Shown here piece after piece: positions 45,001 to 59,400 of a stretch of DNA of 64,000 nucleotides (the stretch's first letter is position 1; each line of letters starts with the position of its first letter). The stretch covers positions 1 through 64,000 of the forward strand of contig JYFJ02000741.1 in NCBI GenBank assembly GCA_000934665.2. The letters run 5' to 3'. Made by a program: the position numbers and the translations under genes. The stretch is from Catajapyx aquilonaris (lineage: Eukaryota). The notes under the pieces were generated by a model that did not search any database, was not told the origin of the DNA, and was given only the letters and a program-made list of their open reading frames with translations.

Positions 45001-48000
45001 TCTATTTTTTTTTTCTAGGACGACCTCAGTCATCATTTAGGGCCCTGCGCAACCCTTTCCCAATTACTCATTCTGTTTGTGAGGTGGAATAAAGGGAGAG
45101 AAAATTACCTTTAACGAGAACGGTTGGTTAATTGGTCTCGACTATAGTTCAGTAACCTCGAAGATTCTGGTTAGCTAGATAGATACCTAGCAGTTAACCT
45201 TGACTCTGATGCAGGAAATGGACACAAAGTGATGAACTGAGGTCGCAAAGTGTGTCCCATGTCGCGTGGGCCTAACAAATGAGGTTACTATAACTTGCTG
45301 AGGAAGTTGTCTAACACAATTAAGTTAACAAGCACGTGACAGATGCTGAGTAGTTAAAACTTTCAAGCGTCAACGGTGTACCGACCCTGAAGGATATAAT
45401 TGATCTGTAGCTTGGCGTGGGGTGAATTTTCATTGCGAAATATGTGACACTGCAGGCTCAGTACTTTAGTATATAAAACGAATGCGCTTTGTAAGTATGG
45501 GACGAATCCCTCAAGATGAAAGGGTTACAAATTTGATTGAAGATGTGAACCCACACTGCGTTAAATTAAACTTCTGCGCTGAAAGCACATTCGGAATTCC
45601 TTATTATGACTAATAAGTAGCCTCTTAAAAATCGGCCTGCAAAAATAACAGGCGTAGTACAACACAAGTTCTACTAATTTATAACTGGAAAGGTTTTCAG
45701 CTACGAATGTCGACCAGAAAATCCACAAACTTCCAGCTTGTGTAAACAAGTAGCCTACTGTACAGTCTGTACTTGCGAGTACAATATTATTGCTGCAATT
45801 TACTCCAGCCTGGAAGCAGGGTTATTTACGGATTCCCTTTGCAGGAGCCACAGTCCCACTTGTAAAAGCACTGCCTGACCTTTGGCTCTTACCACCGACA
45901 TCTGTGTCCGGCACCGCTTTGCATCTGCACCGACCACAGCTTTGTCGGAACCGCTGAACACAGGTAAGCTGATATTGCACCTATTGCAGTATTTAAAATT
46001 GCGCATAATGTCTTGAGAGCGATTAGGAGAAACGAAACCTGCGATTATTATTTCGTCAAAGTACAAATCCAAACCGGCGCACTTAGGAGTCCGATCCCAT
46101 TTGCTGGAAGGAGGTTTTGCTGTAAATGTCTGCCAGCCGCGTGACTGAGGACTGGTAACATCATTCCTGGGGTATTCCCTCGTTCATTTTATAGCACGGC
46201 TGGGACACACGGAGGGAGAGAGAGAGAGAGGGAGAGATGAATTTTCGGGAGCCGGCATAAAAGCCGTGCGGAATAAAAGGCGGGCGTAAAAGCCGCGGCT
46301 CCTAGATGCTTTTCTCGCGGAATTATTGCAATGCACAGTACGTACAGTGTAATGCTGCACTGCAATGGTCCATAACAATACGACATTCAGGTGAACTTCT
46401 CGACACATTCTTGTTTTAATTTAATTTAATATTATTTAATTCCCCGTCTAGTCGAACGCATATAATTATTACTCGATGTTTTCACATTATTGGGGCAAAT
46501 ATTCGGAACTTGGTTAGTATGGCGTAAGTTGCAGGTTCTTGGCCTGTCTGACCTCGCTTCCCTTATTATTATTTTCTTCCGGGCCAAAAGTAAAAGCAGG
46601 CAATCCGGAAAATTAGTTTCAAGACGGTCGAGCGGTATTACGAGTGGAATTTAACGCTGGCTGGATGTTGATATCGGAGACTCTCTTTTTGTGGGCAGCG
46701 ATTAAAAACTTTTAATGCGGCAGAATTATTCTGGTTTTTTATTAGTAGGGGGTTTGTCAATGTAATAACTTTTTTAATGAAGTTAATACTGTCGGTTTCC
46801 AGTAAAGTGCAAATGTAGAGGATTCGGAAAAAAAAGTTCGGTGATTAGCACTAACCAGAATGTATTGACTCTGCACTGCCGTACGTTGTACAGTACTTTT
46901 AATTGCTAACCGTAAGCTTTTTCAGTGCCCCGTGCAGATCCATTATATTGGTTGTAACATGCCGGGCAGTGCATAGAGCCACAGAATTTGTAAAGCATGA
47001 CATGAGTATAACCTCATGTGAAAAGTTAATCAAGTACTACTGTAAGACATTGACCGAATGACGTAAATATTACAGTGAACATGCGGATGCAGTAACTAGC
47101 TGCTTTTCTGTCACATAGGCCTACAGCGTGTTCTAACATTATTTAGAAGTGTCCTTAGTACTCGGATTTGTATCAAAAAGCTGATTATTATTAAAAACTT
47201 ATTTACGATCCTGAGTCGTGCCACCTGGGTGATACCATTATTCTAGCTCCACAACCAGTGTCAAATGGTCCTGCTATCAGAAACAGGTCAGGTCACGTCT
47301 GGCGCTAAGATGTGCCTGTACCTTCCACTAGACATGCCGGAATAAACCGGAACACTACCTAAACCCCTTTGAGCAATATCACAGGGGCCACACCCCCCAA
47401 GGTGCGCCTCTGTTGGAATTGTCCCAGCCAATTGACCCCACGCGTCCCGATGCCCCCGAAATGGACAGTCGGCCCAAATAGATACCATTCGAAGTGAAGG
47501 AAGAGAGAGGCTTGAGACCATATCCAGCGTCGTTTCCCCCGAGGGAATTAGGGGCATCCAACTTCATTTGAAAGGAAGGCAAAGTGGAAGCCTGGTCCGT
47601 GCGGTCTGGAGACGTGAACGTCAAAGTGGATTGGTGTGGCCAATACAAAGTGGAGGACGTTCCATGGAGTAATCTTCCATTTCTCAAAGTCTGGCTATGG
47701 GGCGGCCATAAGCTAGCCAATTAAAAGGTGGGTCCAGACGCGTCCCAGCCGATCCGTCAGAGCCATGGCGTCCAGGTGGAACAGACTCCTTCAGATAAGC
47801 CAACTCTTCCCTTTTCCTCGGCCATGAAAGATAAGGCGCTCAGTGTTACGGCTGCCACGACCTAGGACCAGTAAGCTGGGATCAAGCTGGTTTTCAGGTG
47901 GACATCTTAGATGCAACGGATTTTGGAAAAGTCTGGCAGACGCTCATTTCAGGTAGTTCAGTATGAAATATTTGATCAAAACAACACAACCTACAAAAGT

Positions 48001-48856
48001 AGTAAAATAGCAATAATTTACAGTTAGCTGGCGATAATAATTAAACTCTTCAACACAATAGCAAGTTTACACATGGTTCAATCAGCGTAAGAGTAAATAT
48101 TTTAACACAATTTTGATAATGAATTAATAATTAATATAACTACAGTAAAATAACGTTGTATCAATATCAAGCAAGTTTCCACTTCACTTGCTCTAATTGT
48201 TAGCGCATAATTACAGTCGCAATACCTCATGGGGCCTGGTCCCCGTGGCGTGGGAGCGACGAACCTTTATAAATTACGTGACCTGGTCAACATGCATTGC
48301 CAGTTAGATTGGCACAACAACCTGTGTTGTCATATTCAGCATAACCACTCAAATCTGTCGCAATTCAGCCCGACCATCATGAAACAACACTTAAAATTGA
48401 GTCACTTAATTTCTACCAGGCTCCCCAAGTATCGAGCTTATAGCAAAAATATTCGCAGTCTCGCGGGAGACCGAACGAACGCTTTTGGCGAAAACGAACG
48501 TGTTTGCATAGCGCGTGTTGTGACTTGCTCCCTTATTTGGATTGGCACCCATCCCGTGATGTTTTGCAATCCGTGAAGCTTTAAATGCAAAAAAAAATCC
48601 CCACGTTTCGAATATCAATTTGGCACGAAAATGACTATCTCCCAGATGCAGCGTGAGCAGCGTGTGTGTAGTGAACAGTAGATAATGAGCACCATCGATG
48701 TGATTATTTTTGCAACGAGTTTGTGTGCCGGGGAGTATGTGGGGGTAAAATCAAACTAAACATGTCCCACGTACTACAGAATGATGTACTACGCTTGTTG
48801 TATACGTTGCTAGTGGAAAAATGGAAATTTTGTGCAAAATGTTTATATTTTTGCAA

Positions 48857-49040
48857 AATATCGATATTATACAGAATATTATCATCCATATTTGAGAGCA
48901 TATCAATAATTTCACACCATATCGAAAATATGTTCCAAAATATCGATAATTTTTACATAATACCAACAGTATTTACAGCATATAGATAGTGTTTTGCAGA
49001 ATATTGATAATACTTTACGTTTACAGAATATCGATAATTT
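48857..49040. repeat. Degenerate array of ATATCGATA(AT) motifs
   Basis: About 7 copies (aatatcgatatt, catatcaataat, catatcgaaaat, aatatcgataat, catatagatagt, aatattgataat, aatatcgataat) at roughly 20-40 nt spacing. Confidence 0.65.
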
Positions 49041-52000
49041 TTTGAATAAATTTTTTGTTGTTTTGTGACTGGATTTTCGGGAGAGATTAGGTGAGAGAGA
49101 AATGTGTCAGTTGCGATATAGGAAAAGGACTTTGGGCGAGAAAGATATATACTGTGCAGGCCTATAGGGGAGTTTGTTTCGATGGGGGTGGGGGAGGATT
49201 TTGAAGTGGGGGATGGCGGGGGCGGGTAGCGCAGCTGCATCTCGTCATTTTCACGCCTCATTCAGATCAATATCGAAGCCCACTTAGCAGGCTGGGAGGG
49301 ATATAGGAAACAAGTGACCTAATTATGAAACGGACCGTTCTTGCCTCAGTGTTGGGCGCTGATTAATATTTTATGGAAAAAGTGGTGGTGGGGGAGACAT
49401 TTTCTGAAAATGGTGGGAGGGTTGGATTATTGCGTCTAACTTTTTTTTTTTTGAATTGTTGAAGGGAGTTTTTCCGGTTGGCCTCATTGCGTAGTTAATG
49501 CGTAGTTAAGCCAGTGTGGGGAGCCGCAAATGCTGTCGGTAAGTTATAATTAAGTGCCTGTGGGGCCGGGCCGATTAATTTCACATGTATTACGAGAGAT
49601 GTACGGGTCTCGTAAAAGTGTGTTTGTGAGTTGAACTTTGGAACGATTCATATTTCAGAACGGCGTATAGTAAATAAATGATGCTTATAAATCATGAAAA
49701 TTTGATTTCAAAATGTGGATCTAAAAGTTGAATTCAAAACATGGCGATATATCCTATGGAAGTAGAAGAAATAGTAAAACAAACAAAAAAATACGATCAG
49801 TAGTTGATGATGATTGCAAATGTCACAAATTTCAGTTTAAATTATGGTTGATGACTTGTGATGTTTTTATGAACATGTTCTGAAACCAGACCAATTATTT
49901 ACATGTAGTGTGAATACGTTCACACCTGAAAAATGAATTATGGACGAACCGCTGAACAGATATGGAACGAGATGAAAACGCGTTCATATGTGCTTTTATT
50001 TTGCTTTCAACAGCTGGTCATTCCATAATGACTCTCATAAATACAAAGTTTGGAATGGGATTAATGGTTTTACGCCTTTTAGGAAAACTCATCTATTATG
50101 TGGTGACATTTTTGAAGTTTGTAGTTTTATGGTGAATATTTATGCACCTTTTTCAGTCTGGCGGAATAACTAGAACTATTCATTTTACACGTCAAAAGGT
50201 TCACACTTGTAAAAATTCATTATTGGCGAAACACACCACGGAAATGAACCGAGATGAAAACCTATTCACATTCTTTTATTCTGCTTCCACAACTGATAAT
50301 TTCAGTAAACACAGCTACAGGTGCCAGGTTTAGAAAGAAAGTTATAGCTCGGCCTACGCACCAAGCGATGTATAGTTCAAACGAGTTTGAATTCAGGCAT
50401 GAAACCAAGGTGCTGGTATTACTCTGCATTATCAACAGCATTTTTCAAATGTCAGTATGAAATTTAGGGCCCTTTGCATGTGTCTAACAGAGCCCATATA
50501 CTGTAGTACCGTATTGGGTTTGGAAAATGTTTGCCTTTGGCCTTTGACAGATGTACTGTACATGCCTACAAATATAACATATGAACGCATAATATGTCAT
50601 TCAGCTTATTAAATATTATTTTCCGTGCTCCGCTTTTTAATATAATGGTGCGCGATTTCTCATTTCTCTCATTATTGTAGTCGGAATGCTTTGTGATGTT
50701 GACCTAATAATCGTCAGGGGCTTTATACAGGCCTTGACATGAAAAATATAACTAAAAATAACATTTTCTGGGAAAATCCAAAAATAATGAGCATAGTCCC
50801 CATGCCACGCACAATTCTCTTCTGAAAAAAGCGCCCGTTCAGAACGAGTCTCATTTGCCCAGCCGCACGACTATCCTCCAAGCCTCGTCTTGAGTAACTC
50901 TAATGGGTCTCTAAAAATGAGGCTTACGTGGTCTAAACCTTACAAGTGATGTAGCAACAGGAACCTGGCTCGGTTTGTTCAGCCAATCCCAACAAACGAT
51001 CAGTTTCTTGCTTCCACAGCAAGGAAAGGGCCAGAGACTGTACGTTCTGACTCACTCTGTATGAACTTTTCCATATATTATATGTTTCCACGTTCTCTCT
51101 CTCCATACAACCCGTCAGTCCAGCCCGTGGTCCAGCCTTATATGGAAAGCGTCGGATTTCTCTCTGAACTAAATCCATCAGAGTCGTGTCCTGGATCTGC
51201 CGGTACTTTGCACCGGAAATCGGGTTGAGCGGAAAAGGTGAAGTGACTTGTAATGGCTTTGAACCATATTGTATTCAATGCGTTTCTACATTCCATGCAA
51301 CATTTTGGGCTAATCAAGCGTTGCCAGCATGCGCCATAAATGTTTGTGTAATTTTGCGAGTGTGTGACGCTGATGGCAATTCACTCGGCCGTATGCGATG
51401 GTACGGGTATTACTTACAATCAGTATGCAGGTTACATTCACGGTGTTAGTCAACCGGAAAAATGATGTAAAATGATTCCCACCAGGGTTTTTTTTGCGGT
51501 GGTTTATTCAGTAACTTGGGTCATATTTTGGACTTGGAACATTTATTTACATTTTCTTGTTCCAACTTTGAAATCTGCAGATTTTGTTCCTTCTGGTAAT
51601 TCCCTGCGTAAGTCACTACTTAATGGACACCGTTAGTACAACATTAGCATTGATTATAGGTACTTCCCCAAGGGTACTGACCCCATCAGTTCTCCCCAAA
51701 CTTTCCAGTTTGATATATAAAACGGGGTGTTTCACCCAGCACTTTGGCTCCGAATCATCTGCAGACAAGTCCCAGCCCGGATTTCTGATGTAAATAATTC
51801 CGGTGTCATTCCACGGGGGGGTCGACCCGATAATGCGGTTACAGCCCTCCGTCACATCCGACTGCACATCGCATTATGGATCATCAGTGACGTACCGAGG
51901 GTATACCGATTTTGGGTGGAGGACAAAATTTGTGTTATTTTCTTCGGTCTTTCTGTATAGTTCGCATGTGTGCTGTTGGAAGGACTTTAAATGAGGCTAA

Positions 52001-55000
52001 TTATTTAGGCGGCATCTGGCGTTCAGTGGCCCCTGGCGCGTCGTTACGGGCTGGGTTGCGGGGCTCATCTTTTCCAATCTGCCTCTCGCCAGGTTCCGCT
52101 ATCGCCCCTTGGCTTCCGTTTTACCCAGGACCAACCCCCCACAAAAGCCAGAGAGATCTCAGTCTCGCACTTGCTGGCTTGGAGGTAGACGACTCTGAAT
52201 ATGCGACCTAGGCCTGCAGGGGCAAAAGCCGCCAAATTATACCAGTTCTGAGTTCAACTTGTGCGTTTTATGGACTATTGCGAAAGTTTTTAGAGGACAA
52301 GCACGGGCTAAAATCAGTAGGAGCAAATTGATATTTTTTTGACAATGATCACCGTCCTATAAGTGCATTTATTTTCTTGTCAGAGCGAATTTTGGAGTGA
52401 CGCACATCAGTTTAAGTTGGCTTAGCGAAACAATCCGGGGGCAGAGTTGCGGAACGAAATGTCTCCATTGTGTTGCGCGTACTGTACAATAATCGTATTT
52501 CGCACTCGAGAGAATGCACAGCAAGGGATGAAATCTCCCTAGGGGCGCTCATGCACTTGTATTTGTATGATTTGGCTATGCGAGCTGTGTGCTGCCTCAT
52601 TTCTTACATGTTACGTTGGGATTAGTCTACTTGACTCGCCTGGGTAAATAGCCCGAGAGCATTATTTCAGTCCCATGTTGTGTTTTAATGAGATAAGAGT
52701 GAAGCTTGGCAGCTGATAGCAGTCACATGCATTATTTCCACAGTCGGACAAAATTCCAGTCCCGTTGTGTTATCGCAGGCCAATGGCAATGTAGCCTACG
52801 TGTATGAGTACGCGTCACATATGAAGGCTAGTGGGCGTCGGATGAAAAATTATTGCGTGAACAATATATTTTTAAATAATGCATTTCAGTAACACCAGGA
52901 AAGCATGTGCAACTTTAAGTATATATGGGATGGACGAACCATGGTTTTAAGAGGTCGCTCGTTGCGTTAGTGTAATTGTTTCGAACGTGTGAGGCCATCA
53001 GCTATTGTGATGAGCAATTACAGAATGTTGGAAATGTATTGTTTACCATTGCTTTAAAACATGCTGGTGGTACACAAACACCCGCGGGTTACATAAGTTA
53101 AAATAATTGATACATCACTGTGCTGGCAGGTTGTACATTTTTAAACAGCACTCATCTCCATTATTTTGATCTAACAAGTTTTATAAAATTGCATAACACA
53201 TACATCTGTTACTTGTTACGAAAATAACTGACATAACTAAAATAATAGCTTCACACATTAATAGAGTGCGGCGCGTTTTCTATCAATGTCGGTGGTGTAT
53301 GTTCGTTCCATGAATAATGATTTGTGCAGTCACGCTGAAATTAATTTGATCGATTTTCCACCATTAGACAATACGTGTTTGCCAAACTGAGTAAATTTGG
53401 GTCGATAACTCAATTTTAGTGAAATGCGGAATAGCCTACTAATCTACCTCTTGCATGAAACGTGTTTCGCTTCAACCCCTGTGAAATTGCAATAGTTGTA
53501 TTCTCCCCTTTCAAAAGCACCAAAACTCAAGACGCCCCAGGAGATGGAGTGCTAATGATACAGCCCATTTTTTGTCTTCTGTCCTGGTGGCTTGATTACC
53601 ACCATTCAGAATTCATATATTATCCGGTTTATCAGGTCGTGGAAAACGAGGCCTTAACGACAATGGATTTGAAAGGTCCGCGGAGGAATCTCACTTCAGC
53701 AATAGTGCTGGCAAAACTTTTTTTTCCCGTCCAGTCTCGTGAATTACGAGGCGACAAATATTCGTTGCGTAAAAATCTTGACGATGCTGGCGAGATGCCA
53801 AGCATCCCAAGGAAGATACGAGAAGATGCTTTTCCCAGGGCAGGAGAGGAATATTGCGCATGATGAATGGGCCTTTGCAAGGAACATAAATCACCACTAA
53901 GTCGTCCTCACGTGATGTCGAGGAATTACCTAATGGCGTCTCTACCAGAGTTTCGATTTTGCATTTTTTGTGTGTACATGCGGCTCGTTATTCCATTGCA
54001 CTCACAGTATGCAGCGGTTACTGGTTCAACAGTATTTAAATCGCTGCTTGGGGGTCAATTCGTGCCAATTGACAAATCGGGAACTGTTTGTTGTTGACCG
54101 AAAAATCACTCGGTGTCTCCTTCGTCACGGCAACAGGTCCTCCGGGCTTGATGTTGTGTCGGGGGAAACTCCGGTGGTAGAAAATCCGGGAAAGATGCCA
54201 GATAATTCCCGATGTTGGAACCGAGTTCGCCTTGGAATTTCCTAATGTTTTCTCATGAATCAATCCCGTTTGGAAGGAAAACTTTTTTTTTTAAGATAAG
54301 TGTGAGCGGAATAGTGGGAAAAGAAATGTGGCAAAAGTTTGGCAAGCCCTCGGGAACCGGTCCAATTATGTGTCACTCCTTCACCTGTTTGCTGGGAAAA
54401 CCTCCCCCCCCCCATTTTTGAATCCCCCATGAGAGCCCAAATCTTTCAAAAACCCGTTGGCAACATTATATGAGAAGTTTCTAGAGGCTTCAGCCCTGTC
54501 CCTCCGCCTTTTATTCCGCTGTTACAGCCTCGACTCCTGCTAATTAACCAAATTTAGTTTTAACAAGCTTTTCCAAAGAGGATGCTTCGGTTTGACAGTA
54601 ACTGAGCGCATTACCAGAGGCGGAGGATCTCTTTTGCAACATCCGCCAACTTTAGACGAAAAAAACTCCGCCGCATAATTATTTCGTATTCGACTCCACC
54701 CTACTATATATTATTTTGCGAGAATGTGAGTGTGTATGAGTGCAGTGGGTGCGAGAAATGAGACCAGAACTGTGCCCGGTTTGAAATAGAAAGGACCATT
54801 AATGAGGCCATTTGGCTGCTCGATAAATTCTCCTTATGGGAATGGTGGAAAGTGCCAGTAAGTTGCCCGGATCTGAAGCCATGTCAGAGGTAAATCTGCA
54901 CGTACTGTACATACGAACAGAGAGAAAATATGATACAAGGCTCTTTAGGAGCAATCTGTCCATCAGTTGGTGGTAGGAAGGCCTTTGGCATTCAAAAGTG

Positions 55001-55754
55001 GTAGGAAAGCAGGCAGTGGAGGGCATCAATCCTAAGCGCAGGATGCATCCATCAAGTGCAGGTGACGGCTAACCGCGGCCTCAATTTCCCCTCCTGGAAA
55101 GGTCCGAGTTGGCAATTGGCCGGACCTAGGACGGTTTTTGCTTGGATGACACGGGTATATCCGTATTTTCGTCTCGGGTCCTAGGCGGCCTTCTTAGGGC
55201 CTGACAGCCAACGTATATTTCAACATGACGGAGGTCGGATTGAGTGTAATTGCATTGCGATGTAGTACTGGGGACTGTGGATGACATAAAAGAAGTATTC
55301 AGATTGAGTGTGGTGTGACTCCCTTGATGCAACTCTGATTTAAGCACAAAAAGAGAATATTATAGGAGTGAATTTTTGCTGATGCGAACTTCAATAAAGG
55401 TGAAGCCTTTACGAAGCTCGTAATTACACGAATTTCTATTGTGCGTCAAACTTTATAAGGCCGTAGGGGCTGAACACGGAATATGCAGTCTGTACTAAGC
55501 TGTCCCTTTGATGATTTTGGGTAGGCTTACAGAAAAATTTCCACATTATTTTATAAAATTACAAGTTGCCAGTGTTGTTGACCCTTCACTGCTCCGCTCA
55601 CCTCTCGTTCAAGTTTCCCCTACTTGTTTTAAATGGGAAATAATTATCACTTTTTCACTTAACGAGTACTTGTACTTCAAATGGAAGAGGCTTCCACTAA
55701 TTATTCTTATTGCACATATTTAAGTGGAAGAAAGTGAACAGTATTTCTACTTAC

Positions 55755-56438
55755 CAAAGGTGGGCACAGCTAACCGAAAAATCAGCTTCTCTAACAGCTG
55801 ATCAGCTAACCACAAAAAATTGGATTTGCTAAATAGCTAATGCTAAATGGCTAGAAAATTAGTTAAAGCTAATGCTAACAGCTAACAGCTAACTTCCTTT
55901 TTTTTGCTCCATGACCCTTAAAAAACAGACCTAAGCTGATAGAGCCTAGAGAGCATTGCTACACATACGCCTTATTTAGTTATTTAGGCTACTGTTCCGT
56001 ACAAAAAGTAATAAACAAATCCAGAGAGAAAAAAAGTTTATTTGTCTCAGAAGAACGCTACAAAGACAGGCAAGGCAAAATTTATATTTTAAAAACTGGT
56101 AGCTATAATATAATCCGCACACCGAAGTGATCGGAAAATAAGTTTTGGCCAGGTAGACAGAGAGTTTACAATCCAGCACCTAGCCCTGTAAAACTGGAGT
56201 ATTTTAATCCCTGCCTGGAGTGGAAACAATGCAACTTTAAAAAGGAACAGACAGCGAGACAGGAACATGAATGAAGTTTGTTAGCTGAGTTTATTTAGCT
56301 GCATTGTGGCACTAATTTAGTGGGAGCTAATTAGTCAGCTAGTGACCTGAAAAGTTATAGGAAACAGCTAATCAGCTAACGAAAAATTAGTTCAGCTATT
56401 AGCTGTTAGCTGCTTCGAGGAGCTAATGCCCACCTTTG
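55755..56438. mobile_element. hAT-superfamily MITE, 684 bp, with perfect 8-bp target-site duplication
   Basis: TIR CAAAGGTGGGCA / TGCCCACCTTTG. TSD CTACTTAC at 55747-55754 and 56439-56446. Many AGCTAA/TTAGCT subterminal repeats at both ends. Confidence 0.92.
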
Positions 56439-59400
56439 CTACTTACTTCAAGTGGCATTCATTATCCTGATTTCCACGCTTTTTAGTGCGGAAAACTCTC
56501 GATATTTTCCACTTCATATATAATGACATTTTATAATGTTGCAAGTTTGCAGAGGTTTCAAATTTCATTACACTCACATTGTAGCAAAAGCACATGCAAT
56601 ATTATACTCACTTGTAAGTGGATGCGATCGTATACTTAGCAGTAATTTATATGAATTTACCACACCCTTAGTTATACTGTATACCAAGTATTGCACATTC
56701 CTGCAAACATGATAAAAAGCAGACGCCCAAATGCCTATAAAATTATCTTGAAAATCCACATATTTGTTTTCAAACTGTGTTGATGAATTTACTCCTCTGC
56801 TTTTGAAGAAGGTGCCATCATGTGACCACCTCTCCTGCAGTGTTTTTAACACACTCTCACCGCTTCACATACCATAAAACCGGTGTAACAGTTTACCAAT
56901 TTTTATGCTAAGCCTCCCTCAGCAAAGACTCCCACAATTTTTATAACTCAGCTTTTAGGAGATGTCGTGAGTCAGAAATGCGAGGATAGGGAGGGAAAAT
57001 GATGGTTGAAAATGTGGAGTGTGCCAAGATTTACGACAACGAGGGTGGAGAAAAACCAGGCATTTTTTATCCTTCCAGTTCCAGGGGCACCCTACGCCAT
57101 ATCTGAAGAACCGCATATGCATTCGTTGTGCCCAGAATCCGCTCGTAAATGCCGGGATACCCCCTCCTGGCAGCTGAATATGGCGTGGAGATTGGCCTAA
57201 AAAAGCGGCCGTTTTCACCTAGAGAGGATTGACACTGACCGTCGAGGCCAGGTTTCAATGGCTGACGGTTGTGATTTTTATGGGAACGACGATTTAGACA
57301 TGAGTGCCACTGAAGCGGTGGGGGGGTATTACCGGACTTGAGCATCGAATGTGCCAAATGCACCGGGGATGTTATTTGGGCAAATAAATGCAAATTTCAG
57401 GCTATCCGTGAAGTGTCGTCACCACCCTCATTTTTAAAAGTCTAGGACTGCGATTCATCATTTGTTCCACCGCTCATTAGAGTCAGACAAAAGTTATTCG
57501 AACCGACTTTGAGACTCCTTTGAAATTTCCAACCAAACCTTTCAACACTACCTTTTCATTTTCTCCTAGAAAGCTCGTCTATATTAAGTCAGAAGATGGA
57601 GAAAAAAAAACTGTATGTCTTCCGATCTATTGTTCTTCCATGCTTTATGACAAGAGATTTCTCATCGGCAGTCAATTCCAGCCGATGGTACAGTTCCACC
57701 AAAACAATGTGGTGGAGTTGGGTCTTCAGACTCCGAGTGAATTAACATGAGAGCAAAAAAAGTGCGCGTCACTCAACCCTGGATTTTTGTATATATACGC
57801 ATCAAGTATTGATTCTTTCATATTCCAGACCCCCCCAAGATATCATCACTTCCACCTGGAACATTGCGACGAAAATTGGAATTCAATATTTCCCCATCCG
57901 TCTGTTTTGTGTCGAGTAGAAACGCCCGGTCCGTGCAATAATTGGACTGATTTCCATGACTTGTAACCAGTCGAATAGCTACGTACCGGAACTGTCTGGA
58001 AGATTGAATCCAGTCGACAGCGACATGCCGTAGTTCCTCAAAAAAAGTTCCATTTGTATAGAATCGAGTTTTCAGAAAATGGGACATGCTTGACACGTTA
58101 AATGGAACAATACGTCTGATTTTTTTTCCCAAGAATTTCAGACAATCTTTGTTTGTCATTCAGAGGATGCTGTGCATTGGATAAAGGCATTGACCACGAT
58201 CATCACGCTTTGGGTGGGCGGTTGGGTTGGGTATAGATCGATGACTTCAGCCTGACGTCCCGGAGAAGAGAAACCGCCATCTGCGCCCGTCGTTGTGGGC
58301 AATTTGGGACGTATACAGGCGAAATGCCCCTGGGGGAAATAAATCCTGCCTTGGGAGATTTTTTTTTTCTTCTTTCTTCTTCTTGGGTGATGGAATCAGT
58401 GGGTGGAGGGTGGGGATGTGGGCATTACGCGCATGGCTTCAGCTCCAATATAGGTGTATGCTTCAGTTTCGCATTAGTATTAGTAAACTCGGCAGTAAAT
58501 CAAGTTTTTGTGAGCCTCGATGAGGGCGTGCTGTCGTAAAGTTTTTTTAGAAGCAGTATTAATGCTAGTAGAATTTGTGATGAAAAATAGAGCAGGTGGT
58601 GAAGTTACATTAAATAAATCTACATCTAGAGGCGTATAGGTGGTACGCAATTTTAGTCAAAAAACGTTTCAGGCACTTACCTGATGTGCGGGCGTAATGT
58701 GTAGTTAGTTAAGTGACGGAGACGAGGACTGATGACTCTTGCCATTTTAAAATGCAGGCTTCGCGGGCATATAAAAGCTAAGCGAATGCCGTAATTGTAC
58801 TGATGATTACATATGTGAAGAGCGTTTTTCAAAGCCCAATAAGTCAACTTCCAGAGTTTCCTGAAAATACGGTTAGTACAGAGTGCCTGACGTGAATGGA
58901 GGTCATGTCAGGCCTCATTGCACTAATAGCATACATTCAAAGCGAGGGTTCAGCACTGTAAGAAAACTAACTCTATTTTGTGCTCGCGATAAAATGACGT
59001 TGATTATATTTCGCAGTACAATATAAGAAATGAAATAAATTATTTAGCAACTTAAAGTTGTGCAGAATATTTTCTAGGAGTTTACCCACTACGTAGTCCT
59101 ATGCTACGTACATGAGGTAGTCGCAAAATTAAGTTTTAAAAATCAGCTCACTCCAGTTATTGCTTGAAGTGTGCTTCAATATACAAATGTGCATTGTACT
59201 GGACAAGGTACTGAATACTTTACACCACACACATTGTTCTTGATGATATCCGGAATAACTACTGCAAACGAAAAATATTCTAACAAAAGTTACAATTTCC
59301 AACAAACCTATTCTGACAAAATTATTATTATGGACATATTTCGCCAAAAGGTCAATTTCCAAAGCTCATGTTATACAGTGTAATTCTTAAGAGCAAATGA

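Noticed and set aside
59113..59121. TGAGGTAGT resembling the let-7 5' end
   Set aside because: Only 9 nt match and there is no hairpin.
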